Program-made: the position numbers and the translations under genes
Part shown: in pieces, positions 19,338-29,349 of the stretch
How the letters are laid out: each line of letters starts with the position of its first letter
Position numbering within the stretch: position 1 is the first letter of the stretch
Notes under the pieces: generated by a model
Told to the model about the DNA's origin: nothing
Databases searched by the model: none
What the model saw: only the letters and a program-made list of their open reading frames with translations
IMG/VR virus record: IMGVR_UViG_3300027974_001530
Origin: a virus
Lineage: Duplodnaviria; Caudoviricetes
Reading direction: 5' to 3' (one strand)
Length of the DNA stretch: 64,000 bases

Positions 19338-20342
19338 CTATGATTCTTCTTTTTCTGTTTTCAAATCAAAATCACCATCAACTCCGATAATTTCTTTCCA
19401 ATACTCAGCGTATTCTTTTTTGTATTGTTCAATTGAAGCCTTCTCTTCAGAAGCCTCTTTTCCAGGTAAAAATCCATGTGGTGTTATAATTATTTTCCCG
19501 TCTTCAAACCCAAGTCCGTTGATGTGGTTTTTCATAACAGATACCTTTGTTCTCGATGCAAATTTAATTGTTCGTTTGTCTTTGGTTGCCGTGATTTTAG
19601 TTGTCCCAGCCCCTTTCTGATTTCCAAATAAGAATACCAACGATGAGTTTAACCAAATTGCTTCACCACCTTTTGCTTTAATTTTTGGTTGTCCAAAAGG
19701 ATTATCAGGTAATTCAACCCAAGGTTGGTTTACAATGATTAATGTATTTTCGAATTTAGAATCAGATTTACGTGATCCTGAAATACGTTGGTTAATCCCC
19801 ATACCAATTTTGTCGGCTAAAGTAGACGCATTATGTTGTTTACCTCCTTTACCTTCAAAAGTCATTTTACAAGGAACAGAACCAACTGAATCCCACATAA
19901 AACATAAACTATAATCTAATTCTCCTTTTTCTTGTGCATCTAATAAAGAATTTATGTAATCGGTAATTTGTTCTATATAACTAAAGTTATTATTGAATAT
20001 GTAAAACCCGTCCCAATCTAATTCTCCTGTCTCTTCATCAACAACTTCTTCACATTCAAATCCCATAAGTTTTGCGTGTTCAAAACTCCATTTTTGTTCT
20101 GTAATAATAAACACAGGAAGAATACCTTTCTTTTGTGCATCTACTGCGGTTTTAACTAAGGCAGTTGTCTTACCAGTATCAGAATGTCCCAAGAACATAT
20201 TAATATGCCCCATCGCCGGACCTGGTAATCCAACTGCGTCTAAAAATGACTCTCCAAGATCAAAAAATCTTTGTGGTTTATATTTTGCAGACGTGGAAAA
20301 TTTCTTCTTTAATAAACCGAAATCTGTTTTTTTAATTGCCAT
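19338..20342 (-). CDS. RecA/UvsX-like recombinase
   Basis: Walker A GHSDTGKT, WDSVGS Walker B, KAKGGEAI, KNHING. Confidence 0.85.
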   Translation of the reverse strand: MAIKKTDFGLLKKKFSTSAKYKPQRFFDLGESFLDAVGLPGPAMGHINMFLGHSDTGKTTALVKTAVDAQKKGILPVFIITEQKWSFEHAKLMGFECEEVVDEETGELDWDGFYIFNNNFSYIEQITDYINSLLDAQEKGELDYSLCFMWDSVGSVPCKMTFEGKGGKQHNASTLADKIGMGINQRISGSRKSDSKFENTLIIVNQPWVELPDNPFGQPKIKAKGGEAIWLNSSLVFLFGNQKGAGTTKITATKDKRTIKFASRTKVSVMKNHINGLGFEDGKIIITPHGFLPGKEASEEKASIEQYKKEYAEYWKEIIGVDGDFDLKTEKEES

Positions 20343-20622
20343 CTTTGTTTTGTTCTTTTAATACGTTTAACATTTCCTCAGTTATTTCAAACTTTTCTTC
20401 CCTTTTAATGTTGTACTTGTAAATAATTTCCAACATTTCAAGTTTACCTTTAGCATTTGACATTTTTTCTATCACTTTATCTATTTCTTCTAAATGTTGT
20501 GGGTGTTCTCCAATAGCAACGGGATTGTTGAAATAGATTAAAATAGTCGCTTCGGCTTCCGCCATTTCAGACCTATACTTTAAGCATAGTGCCTCATACA
20601 TTTTTTCAATTATTTTATTCAT
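20332..20622 (-). CDS. Conserved small phage protein (96 aa)
   Basis: YFNNPVAIGEHPQHLEEIDK resembles an NPVGIGEHP motif I recognise from small proteins of T4-like aquatic phages; function unknown. Confidence 0.6.
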   Translation of the reverse strand: MNKIIEKMYEALCLKYRSEMAEAEATILIYFNNPVAIGEHPQHLEEIDKVIEKMSNAKGKLEMLEIIYKYNIKREEKFEITEEMLNVLKEQNKDGN

Positions 20623-20645
20623 ATATTTTTGATTTTAAAAAGTAA

Positions 20646-20682
20646 GAACTTGGACACCTTGTCTAAGTAGATGTCCAAGTTC
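20646..20682 (-). terminator. Strong 3' hairpin directly after the SSB gene (terminator or stability element)
   Basis: 11-bp perfect stem GAACTTGGACA/TGTCCAAGTTC, extendable to 14 bp with one G-U pair on the minus strand; weak U-tract. Confidence 0.55.
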
Positions 20683-20688
20683 AATAAA

Positions 20689-21552
20689 TTAGAATGGTAA
20701 TTCTTCATCCACTTGGTCGTTAGACTGTGGATCCTTTACATCATTAATTGATTTTTTACCTCCACCCATTGTAACATTTGATACTTCGTTATTTGAGTAA
20801 GCGTATTTTCCCGCATCAGAATCCCATCTTGGTGTTTCTCCTCTTGCGATTGACTCAAGGTATTCGATAGGTTTTTTAGAATAAACATCCTCCCAAGTAA
20901 GTTTGTCAGAAACCCACTCATTCATAGTGTTTTCATCTTCATGAACAGATGTAGGATCATCATACATAACCGTTTGAATTACGGTATAGAATGCTCCTTT
21001 TGGAGTTTTTGCCTTTGTCAACTCAAGGATAAGGTCTCTTCCTTTTTCGGAATCAGCAACGTCTCCTTTTGCCTTATAGATAGGAATAATTTTATCAAAA
21101 ATACCTTCTTGTTTGTAGTTGTGCTTAAATCTCCAAAATTTAACTCCATCTTCTTCTCTGTCTCGGTCAATAACTTTAACAATATAAAACTTACGAGGTT
21201 TGTATTGTTTTGCAAGTTCTTTATCAGAATCCTTACCTGTTGACATTAGTTCGTCATAAACTTCACTTAATGGTGAACGCTCATTGTCATTCTTGGCAGG
21301 ATCATAAAACTTTTGCCATTTTCCGTCGATAAAAATTTCATGGAACCATACTTCTTTAAATGGTGAAGAACCATCTGGTGTAGGTAAGATACGGACTCTT
21401 TTTTGTCCTTGTTTTTCGTTATCCTTAAGGATTGCCGCGAAATACTTTTTCATTCTTTCTTCTTGTGTAAATTTTGAGGTGGAAGAAGAACCACCTTGTT
21501 TTGAGGTCTCGTATTGAGCCAAAACTGCATCTAAAACATTGTTTGTCGCCAT
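20689..21552 (-). CDS. Single-stranded DNA-binding protein (T4 gp32-like)
   Basis: KRVRILP, PFKEVWFH, FYIVKVIDRD, GRDL motifs; acidic C-terminus ending DEELPF. Confidence 0.8.
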   Translation of the reverse strand: MATNNVLDAVLAQYETSKQGGSSSTSKFTQEERMKKYFAAILKDNEKQGQKRVRILPTPDGSSPFKEVWFHEIFIDGKWQKFYDPAKNDNERSPLSEVYDELMSTGKDSDKELAKQYKPRKFYIVKVIDRDREEDGVKFWRFKHNYKQEGIFDKIIPIYKAKGDVADSEKGRDLILELTKAKTPKGAFYTVIQTVMYDDPTSVHEDENTMNEWVSDKLTWEDVYSKKPIEYLESIARGETPRWDSDAGKYAYSNNEVSNVTMGGGKKSINDVKDPQSNDQVDEELPF

Positions 21553-21584
21553 TGTGTATATATTTATTAAAGGTTTACGTAGAA

Positions 21585-21613
21585 AATATAGTTATAAAAA
21601 ATAGGGTAGTCAA
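21585..21613 (-). promoter_or_regulatory. Sigma70-like promoter TTGACT-N17-TATATT upstream of SSB
   Basis: -35 at 21613-21608 and -10 at 21590-21585; same hexamers and spacing as upstream of the DNA polymerase; sits right after a terminator. Confidence 0.6.
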
Positions 21614-21623
21614 TAAAGTATTT

Positions 21624-21660
21624 AAAAAAATTTGAGAGAGACACTGATGTCCCTCTCAAA
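21624..21660 (-). terminator. Intrinsic terminator ending the tail-hub transcript
   Basis: 13-bp stem TTTGAGAGGGACA/TGTCTCTCTCAAA (one G-U pair on the minus strand only), 4-nt loop, followed by a U-run. Confidence 0.8.
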
Positions 21661-21664
21661 AGTG

Positions 21665-22366
21665 TTACATCATATCATCTTCATCTTGACCGTACTGATT
21701 AAACGTGTCCTCGATTTGATTTGGTGAATATTGTTTTACTTCATCTGTAGTTAAAATATATTCATTTTTTCCTGATTGTTCCATTTCTTGTTGTTTATCA
21801 ACAAAGAAATCAGATAGTTTTTGTTTGAATGGTCCTGAATCTAAACTTCTTAATTCTAATTTTTCTTGTGGAGTTTTAGGTCTGTACTTTTCAATTTTAT
21901 CTTCAATAGATGTTAATCTATTTGTTAGTCCATCCATTTCTTTAAGTTTAGAGTCCATACCCTCTAATTGTTTAAACAAGTTTTGGAAATATTCTTCTTG
22001 TTTATCCTCAATATTTTTTTGTGCGGTAACTAAATCAGTAATATCTAATTCTTCTCCTTCTTCTTCTCCTTCTTTACCAACTTCTTCAACGTCAGGATCT
22101 GTCGCAACATCAATAGGTGCCGGTGCTCCTCCTGCGTCAGGTGCCGGTGCTCCTCCTGCGTCAGGTGCCGGTGCTCCTGCGTCAGGTGTGGGTAATCCTC
22201 CTGCGTCAGGTGCAGGTGCTCCACCTAAACCCGCCAAAGGATCTTCAGGTTCCGGTGCTCCACCTAAACCCGCCAAAGGATCTTCAGGTGCCCCTTGTTC
22301 TGTTATATAATTAGTGATAAAATTCACCCTTCTAATTTCTTCTAAAATTTTTCTGTCTATACTCAT
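21665..22366 (-). CDS. Acidic low-complexity/coiled-coil protein (233 aa), possible scaffold or internal head protein
   Basis: N-terminal KILEE...ITEQ; Pro/Ala/Gly/Asp repeats; acidic stretch; heptad-like C-terminal half. Confidence 0.6.
   Translation of the reverse strand: MSIDRKILEEIRRVNFITNYITEQGAPEDPLAGLGGAPEPEDPLAGLGGAPAPDAGGLPTPDAGAPAPDAGGAPAPDAGGAPAPIDVATDPDVEEVGKEGEEEGEELDITDLVTAQKNIEDKQEEYFQNLFKQLEGMDSKLKEMDGLTNRLTSIEDKIEKYRPKTPQEKLELRSLDSGPFKQKLSDFFVDKQQEMEQSGKNEYILTTDEVKQYSPNQIEDTFNQYGQDEDDMM
22116..22289. repeat. GC-rich in-frame tandem repeats
   Basis: Four 21-24 bp units ending CCTGCGTCA (22116-22208, PDAG(G)AP) and two identical 36-bp copies at 22215-22250 and 22254-22289 (PEDPLAGLGGAP). 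Confidence 0.9.
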
Positions 22367-22367
22367 T

Positions 22368-22592
22368 TTATCCGTTTAATAATGTTTTTATACCAGTTTT
22401 AGTTTCTACCTGGATTTTTTTAAATTTATTCATAGTATTGTCTACTCTTTCTATAAGACCATCTTTCATTCTTACAACATAACATTCGTTTGTCTCTAAA
22501 TCACAAACTTGTTTGGTTCCGTCACCCATATCTTTTTCAGAAATCTTGGTGTTTTTACCCAAATAATTGTCTAAAATTAATTTTGTATTCAT
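22368..22592 (-). CDS. Hypothetical protein (74 aa)
   Basis: ATG start 15 nt downstream of the TATTTATA motif; coupled to the next gene. Confidence 0.65.
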   Translation of the reverse strand: MNTKLILDNYLGKNTKISEKDMGDGTKQVCDLETNECYVVRMKDGLIERVDNTMNKFKKIQVETKTGIKTLLNG

Positions 22593-22639
22593 AGTTATTA
22601 TTTTATTATAAATATATCGTTAGGTGTAAATGTTTTAAA

Positions 22640-25600
22640 TTATGCACCTAATCCTAATCCATTAGCCCTATTAATCGCACTTATTATTTTATTGTTTAAT
22701 GATGTTTGATCAGATGGTTGTAATTGTAAGTACACATTATCATCAACAAGATTAGGCCATGTGGTAATATATAATTTACCAAACCCTTGGGCGATTGGTA
22801 ATAATGCTGGATTTGTGGTTAATTGGGCGGTAGTTAAATTAGAAAGGAAAGTATCTCCATTAGGATTTTTAGCCAAACTTAAAAATTTATTAACTAAAAC
22901 TGTAATTGGATTTGTTACCGAGCTAAACGCCGCGGTTGGTATTATTTGCCCATTACCACTACTTTGACAATAGTAACTATTTGTTACTCCTGATATATAT
23001 AAATCATTATCACCTAAATGTGATTGATTTAAAGGTATATTTCCAAAATTATTTGAGTTCACTTTAAATGTGGTTCCATCATAATTAGCAATATATCCGA
23101 TTATGAATATATAATATCTTAATGCAGTATTTTGGTTACCTAATGGTAATTTACTATTTACGGTTGTTTTAATTGTGTCAACAATACTTGCTTCAGAAAT
23201 TACTGTTTGGGTTGATGCGGAGTAGTTAAATACATCAAACGGAGAAACTAAGAATTGACCACATTGATTTGAACTTGGGGTATTAGGTCCGTTAACAGTA
23301 TTCATTTTACTATTTTGTTGTCCAATTATGTTTGTTGTTATATTTGCACTTGTTGTATTTTTAACTTTATTTAAAAGTGGTGTAACAAAATTCTTATATA
23401 TTGTTTGTAGATATGAATCTTGAGCCGATATCTCATAAACGGGTTGTCTTGTTCCTGAAAAAGATGTTGTAAAACTTCCAGGTCCAATAGAGTGTGAAAC
23501 ACTTTGTATTTGGTATGGTCCTGAGAACATGGGGACATTTCTTAGGTTAAAATACATTTTTGGTTGTATTAAAGCATTACCTAACATTGAGACATCACAA
23601 GTATATACTCTATATTTGTAAAAATTATACATTGATTGACTTTGTGGAGTAACATTAATACCTCCCGCCTGATTTGCGGTATATTCTAACATTCTTATTT
23701 CTTCTGCGGTTTTTTGACCTGAATTCATATTAATGTCAAAACTTGTAAAGATACCTTGATTAAATCTACCAACATCCATATTAAAAGCAACTAATTTATT
23801 AGACTGACCCCAATCTTGTTTTTTACTTTGATTTTCCAATAATGGGTTTTCAGATTGTCTATTAATTTGGAATACGTCGTTTCTAAAGTCACTATTAGGG
23901 ATATCTAAATTCTTACTTGATTCATTTGCAAAAGTACAAACCATTTTAGTTTTAGAATTTCTAAAATCAACATTTAAGAATGTACCAAAAATATCATTAG
24001 CAATTGACGTTGATCCTTGATTAGATGGGTTTGGTCTTACTGATATATCATTTACATCATAATAATTAACATATCCGGCGTAATCCAAAACGGTAAATCC
24101 ACTCGCCTCTATTAGTTCTCTTAATATTTGCCAAAGTGGTCTATCAGGAGTTTTTAAAATAGATTCTTCAAGTTTATCTTTCCAAGCAACTACATCACAA
24201 TAAACTTCACCTGCAATATTTCTTGATGCCCTATCTATAAATAAAAAGTCTTCAAAAAGAGAATTTTCTTTATAATCATTTCCCGCAATCCATTTATCGT
24301 TAAATGCCTTCATTTTTTCCCAAGTCTCAATTCTACCAATATTTCCAGTATAATTCGCCCTATTTGGTTGTGGGGTAATAACCTGTGAAGGTAAGTTTTT
24401 AAGGACTTCAGGCATTAATGTGTTTATAATATCATTCTTAAACAAATTACAACTTTCAAAATGACTATTTAATAATTCTCTAAATTTAAACTCATTAAAC
24501 GTATTATCATTTAATTTTTGTGTTGCATATATTTTAATTAATGGGGCAAAATCTCTAATGTTATCAACAGAAAATGATATATCAAGATCAATAAAGAAAT
24601 CGGTGATAAATGATCCTATATTTGTATATTCTAACTGAGGTATTGTTGAGAACCCAACATAGGTCTCTAAAGCTCTCCACTCATCAGGATAGGCATTCTG
24701 TGATTGGGCTAAAGTAGTCGTACCGTTTAATGACGGTAAAGAATATGGGGTATCTAAATTATAGGATTTAGGTACTATCTTGTCCACCAAAGGTAAACTA
24801 GTTAAACTATAAAATACTCTTTTATTGTAAAAAGAAGGATTACCATTATCAAACAATAGATCGTAATTTATAAATTTATTAAGTAAATCATAAACTAATT
24901 CTAATTGTTTATCTTTAATTGCGGTAATTGCGTTGTCACTTATATTTTCACTTATAAAAACCGATTCAGGTACTTTAAATAATTCAGTTGCTAATAATTG
25001 AAAGTTCCTATACTTTATTAAAACCGAATCTTCAGCTGATGGGGTTCCCTGTGGTGTTTTTATTATGTTGGTATAGTCATATTTTGATTTAGAAAAATTT
25101 AAAAAGTGTTCTTCGAATAAATCTAAAACTCTCTTTTCAAAAATAGAAAATATTTCGTCTATTTTTGTATATTTTGTAACGTCTCCGTCTATTAAAAAGT
25201 TTTGTTGTTTTGACTCATCAAGAATAATACTTTTTAGGTACTCATCTGGTGAATTAATTCCTAATCTATTATTATCAAAATACCCGTAATTTGGTAATGC
25301 CCAAAACATTCTAACAGATCCGTTAAAAACCGCAGGATTATTTTTTACCTCAACTTTTAATTTTTCTTGACCTTGTGGACCACTAAAACATTCATATTTT
25401 GTTTGATTAAAACTAGATCCAAATGATGGGGTAATAAAATAATTTGATCCTGAATCCTCCTTAATCATTGTTGATAACGTAGAAATCTTTAAAGCTCTAT
25501 TAGGGTCCGCATCATCAAACCCAAAATCATAATTCATTAATGAGTTATCGGATAAATTTAAATACAATTTTTTACTGTCAATATTTTCTTGTATTTCTAA

Positions 25601-28600
25601 ATCAGTATAGTTTTCAAATAGGGTTAACCCATTATAAAAAACATTCAAATCATTAATAAGTTTTGGGTAAAACCCTACATTCATTTGAGTTGCAGTTAAA
25701 AATCCTGATGTAATATCTCTTTGTAATGATACTTCGGTATTAGCACTTGTAACTGTGGTGTATCCAGATAAGTTATATATCTTTGATATGTTTTGAGTTA
25801 TTGGGTCAAAATTTGTTGTGTAGTCAAAATTATCCCAAGGGGTTGTCATAAAATCAAATCCATTATCAATCCAACTTTTATATCTGTGCCATATTGATCC
25901 GTACTTTAAAACCCAAGCGTATGGTAATCTATGTACTGACCCAAATTTTTTAAAAGTAGCAAACATATAATCCAAATCAGTTGTTGCGGTACCGTCAAGT
26001 TTTTTATATTTTTCCCTTAAAGTTGTTAGTGGTAATGAATTTAAAAACAAATAGGCGGCTTCTTTATAAGGATATAAATTACTATTTCTAAAATTTTCAA
26101 CCCCTTTTGAAATTGAGTTAACAAAATATGGGGTATTTAACATTGATGTTGTTTGGTTATATAACAATTCGTTATCGTACTCAACATAATTTACTGTTCC
26201 TTCCGTTAAAAATTGTTTTTCATATTTTTTACTTCTTTCTTCATAAAAATTATATAAACTTTGTTTTGTGGTTAAATTTATTGTTGGGTCTGTAACTCCA
26301 TTATTGTTAAAATATGTAAATGGTCTAACAAAATTAGAATCGCTATTATCTTTAAAGTTGGCAGTTTGGACTATTGTTGTATTATAAAAAATTGTATTAT
26401 TAGTATTAAATGCTAATTTAGTGTCTCCACTAACACTAAGTGAGTTTGCTAAATTTTTATTTACCCAATCAACGTTAACATACGGATAAATGTCTGTTCT
26501 ATCAAACTCATTATTTTTTGTTGAGTTTAGAAAGTTACCAACGTCTGTTGAATTTCCAAGAACAGGTTGTGATGGTGGTTCATATGAAGATAAATAGAAT
26601 GGGGTTTCAGTCACACTTTTAAGATAAGAAGTATTATAAATCCCTCTTCTAAAATTTTGCCAACTTTCCCCATTACCCTCATTTGAGATGTGTTTTAATA
26701 TTAATTCAAAGTTTCTTGCATTAAAATTATAGTTCTTTAAAAGTTCAATTAAAAATGGATTGTCTGTACCTAAAGAATTTTTTATATTCTCGGCTTCCAT
26801 ATCTATTATAACTTTATAGATACTATTTTCATTACTACCACCCCTATTTAATTTAGAATAAAAGGCGTAGGTTAAAACTCTTTCATATATTTCATATATA
26901 AATTTAACATCTTCAGTACTTGAGAATATTTCAAAAGTTATCGGATACTCAATAGAGTTTAAAGTTGTGTATGGTAAATTAACTTTTTGGTTCTGTGTTG
27001 TTATAAAATTAGTTTGAGCATTCCTTTGTGTGAACCCATAAAGGTACTCTTCCACAAATTCAACTTCGGGCCAAATATTATAATCGTTTGATCCTGTTTC
27101 TGCGGGATAGTCTCCGGGGTATTTTAATTGATAAGTTGTTTTACTCGGATTAGAATTGTCTTCCACGATAAATTGTGGCCAAGGAAAAACAGGGGAGTTA
27201 GATCTTGCAATCTTAGGTCTATCAACTGAAGTACTGTTAGATACACTATCTATTATCGCCCTTCTCCTTGTTGGGTCGTCTCTTTTGTTCCAAGCACTTT
27301 TATGGACCTCATCCAAAATTCTTAAAAACGCTTCTGAATTGGCTAACAAAACTCCGGCCATGTTTTTTATGGTCGGTTTAAACCCAAGATTTAATTCTAA
27401 AGTATCTTTAAGTGCGTTTGTTAATTCTTGTTCTATTTCAGTTTTTTTAGTTTTTAACTGTTTTTCTAAATCATTAATTTTTTCAATAAAACTTTTATCT
27501 CCCTCACTTATACCATCAAAAATAAAATAATTTTCTGTCGGTAATTGAGCCGCGATTTCTGTCTTATATTTAACAAAATTAGGATCGGTATCTCCTGTTG
27601 GTGAGGTATTATAGATAAATTGGTAGGATTGTTTATAATCTATAGGATCACTAGTTGTTAATATACTATCGTTTTTGTCATAATAAAAATCTTCTAATTT
27701 AATATTAAGTGGTATTGTCGATACTGTTGTTTTTCCCGCAATAGTATAATTTGCGGTAGCACTAGAACCAAAGGTGGGGTTATCTCCTAATTTTTTTAAA
27801 TTATCGGATATTATACTTTGTAATTTATTTAAAGTCGTGGCCGTTAATCCACCTGTCACTATTTCTTTTTTAAATTTATAATTTTTTACAAAAGTAACAG
27901 TGTTATTAGAAGTGTATGAACTTAATACTAATGGAGCTTGTATGTATAAATTTTGATTATACCAAGAATCTTTGTTATAATATATTTCATTTTTAAACTC
28001 TGTTAATTGGTTAAGATATAATTCAGAATTAGTTAAAGCACTTAAAGATTCTTGATTTTGATAGTTATTTAATATGTCCGTAATAAACGTTTTAAGTTTT
28101 TCTTTAAACTCATAAACAGTATATTCAGGCATATTTTCATCCATCAATTTTTTCTTTTTATACTCTTTGTAAACCTCCCTTATCTTTTGATATCCTCTTG
28201 TTAATTTTGCACTTGATGCAACACTATTTTGGGTAGCAACATTTGGTGTTGAGGTTACAGTTGCATTTGCCTCATACATGTGAGGTAATGCTAATGTATC
28301 GGAAAGTTTAATCTCATTTAATACTGTAAATTGATATGGTTGAAATTTTAGGTCTATGTTAAAACTTCCTGATTCGGCATCAAATCTACTTTTAAAATCG
28401 GATAACTGTAATTTATATCTAATTGCCTTTCCATACCACCCTTTTAAAGTTAAGGTAAATGGTGGGTATGGAAATTGGAAAAAGACTGCATAGGGCGAAT
28501 TATCCGCTAATTCAAATAATGCTCTTCCTCTAACATCAATTAGTGAAATTGACACTTCAGTTCTTAAACTTGTTTCAGTACTAACTTTAATACTTCTAAT

Positions 28601-29035
28601 CCCTAATAAACCAGTGTCTGTTGTTTGATTTTTACCTTCACTTAAAAAAGTTTGATTTAAATAAAACTCATTTGAGTTTTTGGGGTTTTTTACCGCAGTT
28701 TGATTTGCTTGGTTAACTCCTTGTCCTTGTAAAGCCCCTTTACCTGTAATTTGATCTGTATATGAATTATCTAAAAATTTTTTATTTCCAGGGTTTAAAA
28801 AATTAATAGTTGCTATTGATAAGTTTTGTAAGTCTGTTGTGTCAGGTGTTGTCCCAATAATTAATTTTGTTCTTGGTAATACCTTACACTCTAAATTTGC
28901 ATACATTACCAAATTTTCATGTTTAACTGCACGTTCTTTTACATTACCGTCGTTATCTATAATTTTATTGGGATCTATAATTATTATATTCTGGTAATCA
29001 AAGTCTACTAAAATATTTTCATTTTCAATCGCCAT
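22640..29035 (-). CDS. Baseplate hub protein (gp27/gpD-like fold) with large insertions (2131 aa)
   Basis: Follows LysM/gpX; N-terminal ISLIDVRGRALF and late VSMLGNALIQP...GPYQIQSVSHSIGPGSFTTSFSGTR resemble the gpD/gp27 hub ends. Confidence 0.65.
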   Translation of the reverse strand: MAIENENILVDFDYQNIIIIDPNKIIDNDGNVKERAVKHENLVMYANLECKVLPRTKLIIGTTPDTTDLQNLSIATINFLNPGNKKFLDNSYTDQITGKGALQGQGVNQANQTAVKNPKNSNEFYLNQTFLSEGKNQTTDTGLLGIRSIKVSTETSLRTEVSISLIDVRGRALFELADNSPYAVFFQFPYPPFTLTLKGWYGKAIRYKLQLSDFKSRFDAESGSFNIDLKFQPYQFTVLNEIKLSDTLALPHMYEANATVTSTPNVATQNSVASSAKLTRGYQKIREVYKEYKKKKLMDENMPEYTVYEFKEKLKTFITDILNNYQNQESLSALTNSELYLNQLTEFKNEIYYNKDSWYNQNLYIQAPLVLSSYTSNNTVTFVKNYKFKKEIVTGGLTATTLNKLQSIISDNLKKLGDNPTFGSSATANYTIAGKTTVSTIPLNIKLEDFYYDKNDSILTTSDPIDYKQSYQFIYNTSPTGDTDPNFVKYKTEIAAQLPTENYFIFDGISEGDKSFIEKINDLEKQLKTKKTEIEQELTNALKDTLELNLGFKPTIKNMAGVLLANSEAFLRILDEVHKSAWNKRDDPTRRRAIIDSVSNSTSVDRPKIARSNSPVFPWPQFIVEDNSNPSKTTYQLKYPGDYPAETGSNDYNIWPEVEFVEEYLYGFTQRNAQTNFITTQNQKVNLPYTTLNSIEYPITFEIFSSTEDVKFIYEIYERVLTYAFYSKLNRGGSNENSIYKVIIDMEAENIKNSLGTDNPFLIELLKNYNFNARNFELILKHISNEGNGESWQNFRRGIYNTSYLKSVTETPFYLSSYEPPSQPVLGNSTDVGNFLNSTKNNEFDRTDIYPYVNVDWVNKNLANSLSVSGDTKLAFNTNNTIFYNTTIVQTANFKDNSDSNFVRPFTYFNNNGVTDPTINLTTKQSLYNFYEERSKKYEKQFLTEGTVNYVEYDNELLYNQTTSMLNTPYFVNSISKGVENFRNSNLYPYKEAAYLFLNSLPLTTLREKYKKLDGTATTDLDYMFATFKKFGSVHRLPYAWVLKYGSIWHRYKSWIDNGFDFMTTPWDNFDYTTNFDPITQNISKIYNLSGYTTVTSANTEVSLQRDITSGFLTATQMNVGFYPKLINDLNVFYNGLTLFENYTDLEIQENIDSKKLYLNLSDNSLMNYDFGFDDADPNRALKISTLSTMIKEDSGSNYFITPSFGSSFNQTKYECFSGPQGQEKLKVEVKNNPAVFNGSVRMFWALPNYGYFDNNRLGINSPDEYLKSIILDESKQQNFLIDGDVTKYTKIDEIFSIFEKRVLDLFEEHFLNFSKSKYDYTNIIKTPQGTPSAEDSVLIKYRNFQLLATELFKVPESVFISENISDNAITAIKDKQLELVYDLLNKFINYDLLFDNGNPSFYNKRVFYSLTSLPLVDKIVPKSYNLDTPYSLPSLNGTTTLAQSQNAYPDEWRALETYVGFSTIPQLEYTNIGSFITDFFIDLDISFSVDNIRDFAPLIKIYATQKLNDNTFNEFKFRELLNSHFESCNLFKNDIINTLMPEVLKNLPSQVITPQPNRANYTGNIGRIETWEKMKAFNDKWIAGNDYKENSLFEDFLFIDRASRNIAGEVYCDVVAWKDKLEESILKTPDRPLWQILRELIEASGFTVLDYAGYVNYYDVNDISVRPNPSNQGSTSIANDIFGTFLNVDFRNSKTKMVCTFANESSKNLDIPNSDFRNDVFQINRQSENPLLENQSKKQDWGQSNKLVAFNMDVGRFNQGIFTSFDINMNSGQKTAEEIRMLEYTANQAGGINVTPQSQSMYNFYKYRVYTCDVSMLGNALIQPKMYFNLRNVPMFSGPYQIQSVSHSIGPGSFTTSFSGTRQPVYEISAQDSYLQTIYKNFVTPLLNKVKNTTSANITTNIIGQQNSKMNTVNGPNTPSSNQCGQFLVSPFDVFNYSASTQTVISEASIVDTIKTTVNSKLPLGNQNTALRYYIFIIGYIANYDGTTFKVNSNNFGNIPLNQSHLGDNDLYISGVTNSYYCQSSGNGQIIPTAAFSSVTNPITVLVNKFLSLAKNPNGDTFLSNLTTAQLTTNPALLPIAQGFGKLYITTWPNLVDDNVYLQLQPSDQTSLNNKIISAINRANGLGLGA

Positions 29036-29348
29036 AATAAAAGTAATAATTTTCTATCGTATTTTTATAATCTTGTAGTGAACCAACTAAAGGGAAAGGT
29101 ACACGTAAAATTGATCCGTCAGGAATATTCCATTCTTCACCCCCAAACTGAGGGTTTGCCGCTAATACCAACCAACCAAAAAATGGTGTTCCATAATATT
29201 GTTGTGATATCTTGTCAAGTCTAGATTGTCCGACTTTATAAATATAGTTCTTATCTGACGGTTTTGTATCTAATTTTACAAAAGGAACAATATTTTGTTC
29301 TCCATTAATTAAAAATTGGTTATACCTATTATAATATTGTAATCCCAT
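29025..29348 (-). CDS. LysM/gpX-like baseplate wedge protein
   Basis: YIYKVGQSRLDKISQQYYGTPFFGWLVLAANP...IPDGSILRVP; canonical position. Confidence 0.8.
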   Translation of the reverse strand: MGLQYYNRYNQFLINGEQNIVPFVKLDTKPSDKNYIYKVGQSRLDKISQQYYGTPFFGWLVLAANPQFGGEEWNIPDGSILRVPFPLVGSLQDYKNTIENYYFYYGD

Positions 29349-29349
29349 A

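Noticed and set aside
22116-22289. CRISPR-like array
   Set aside because: Repeats are contiguous, in-frame, lack unique spacers and encode a protein linker.
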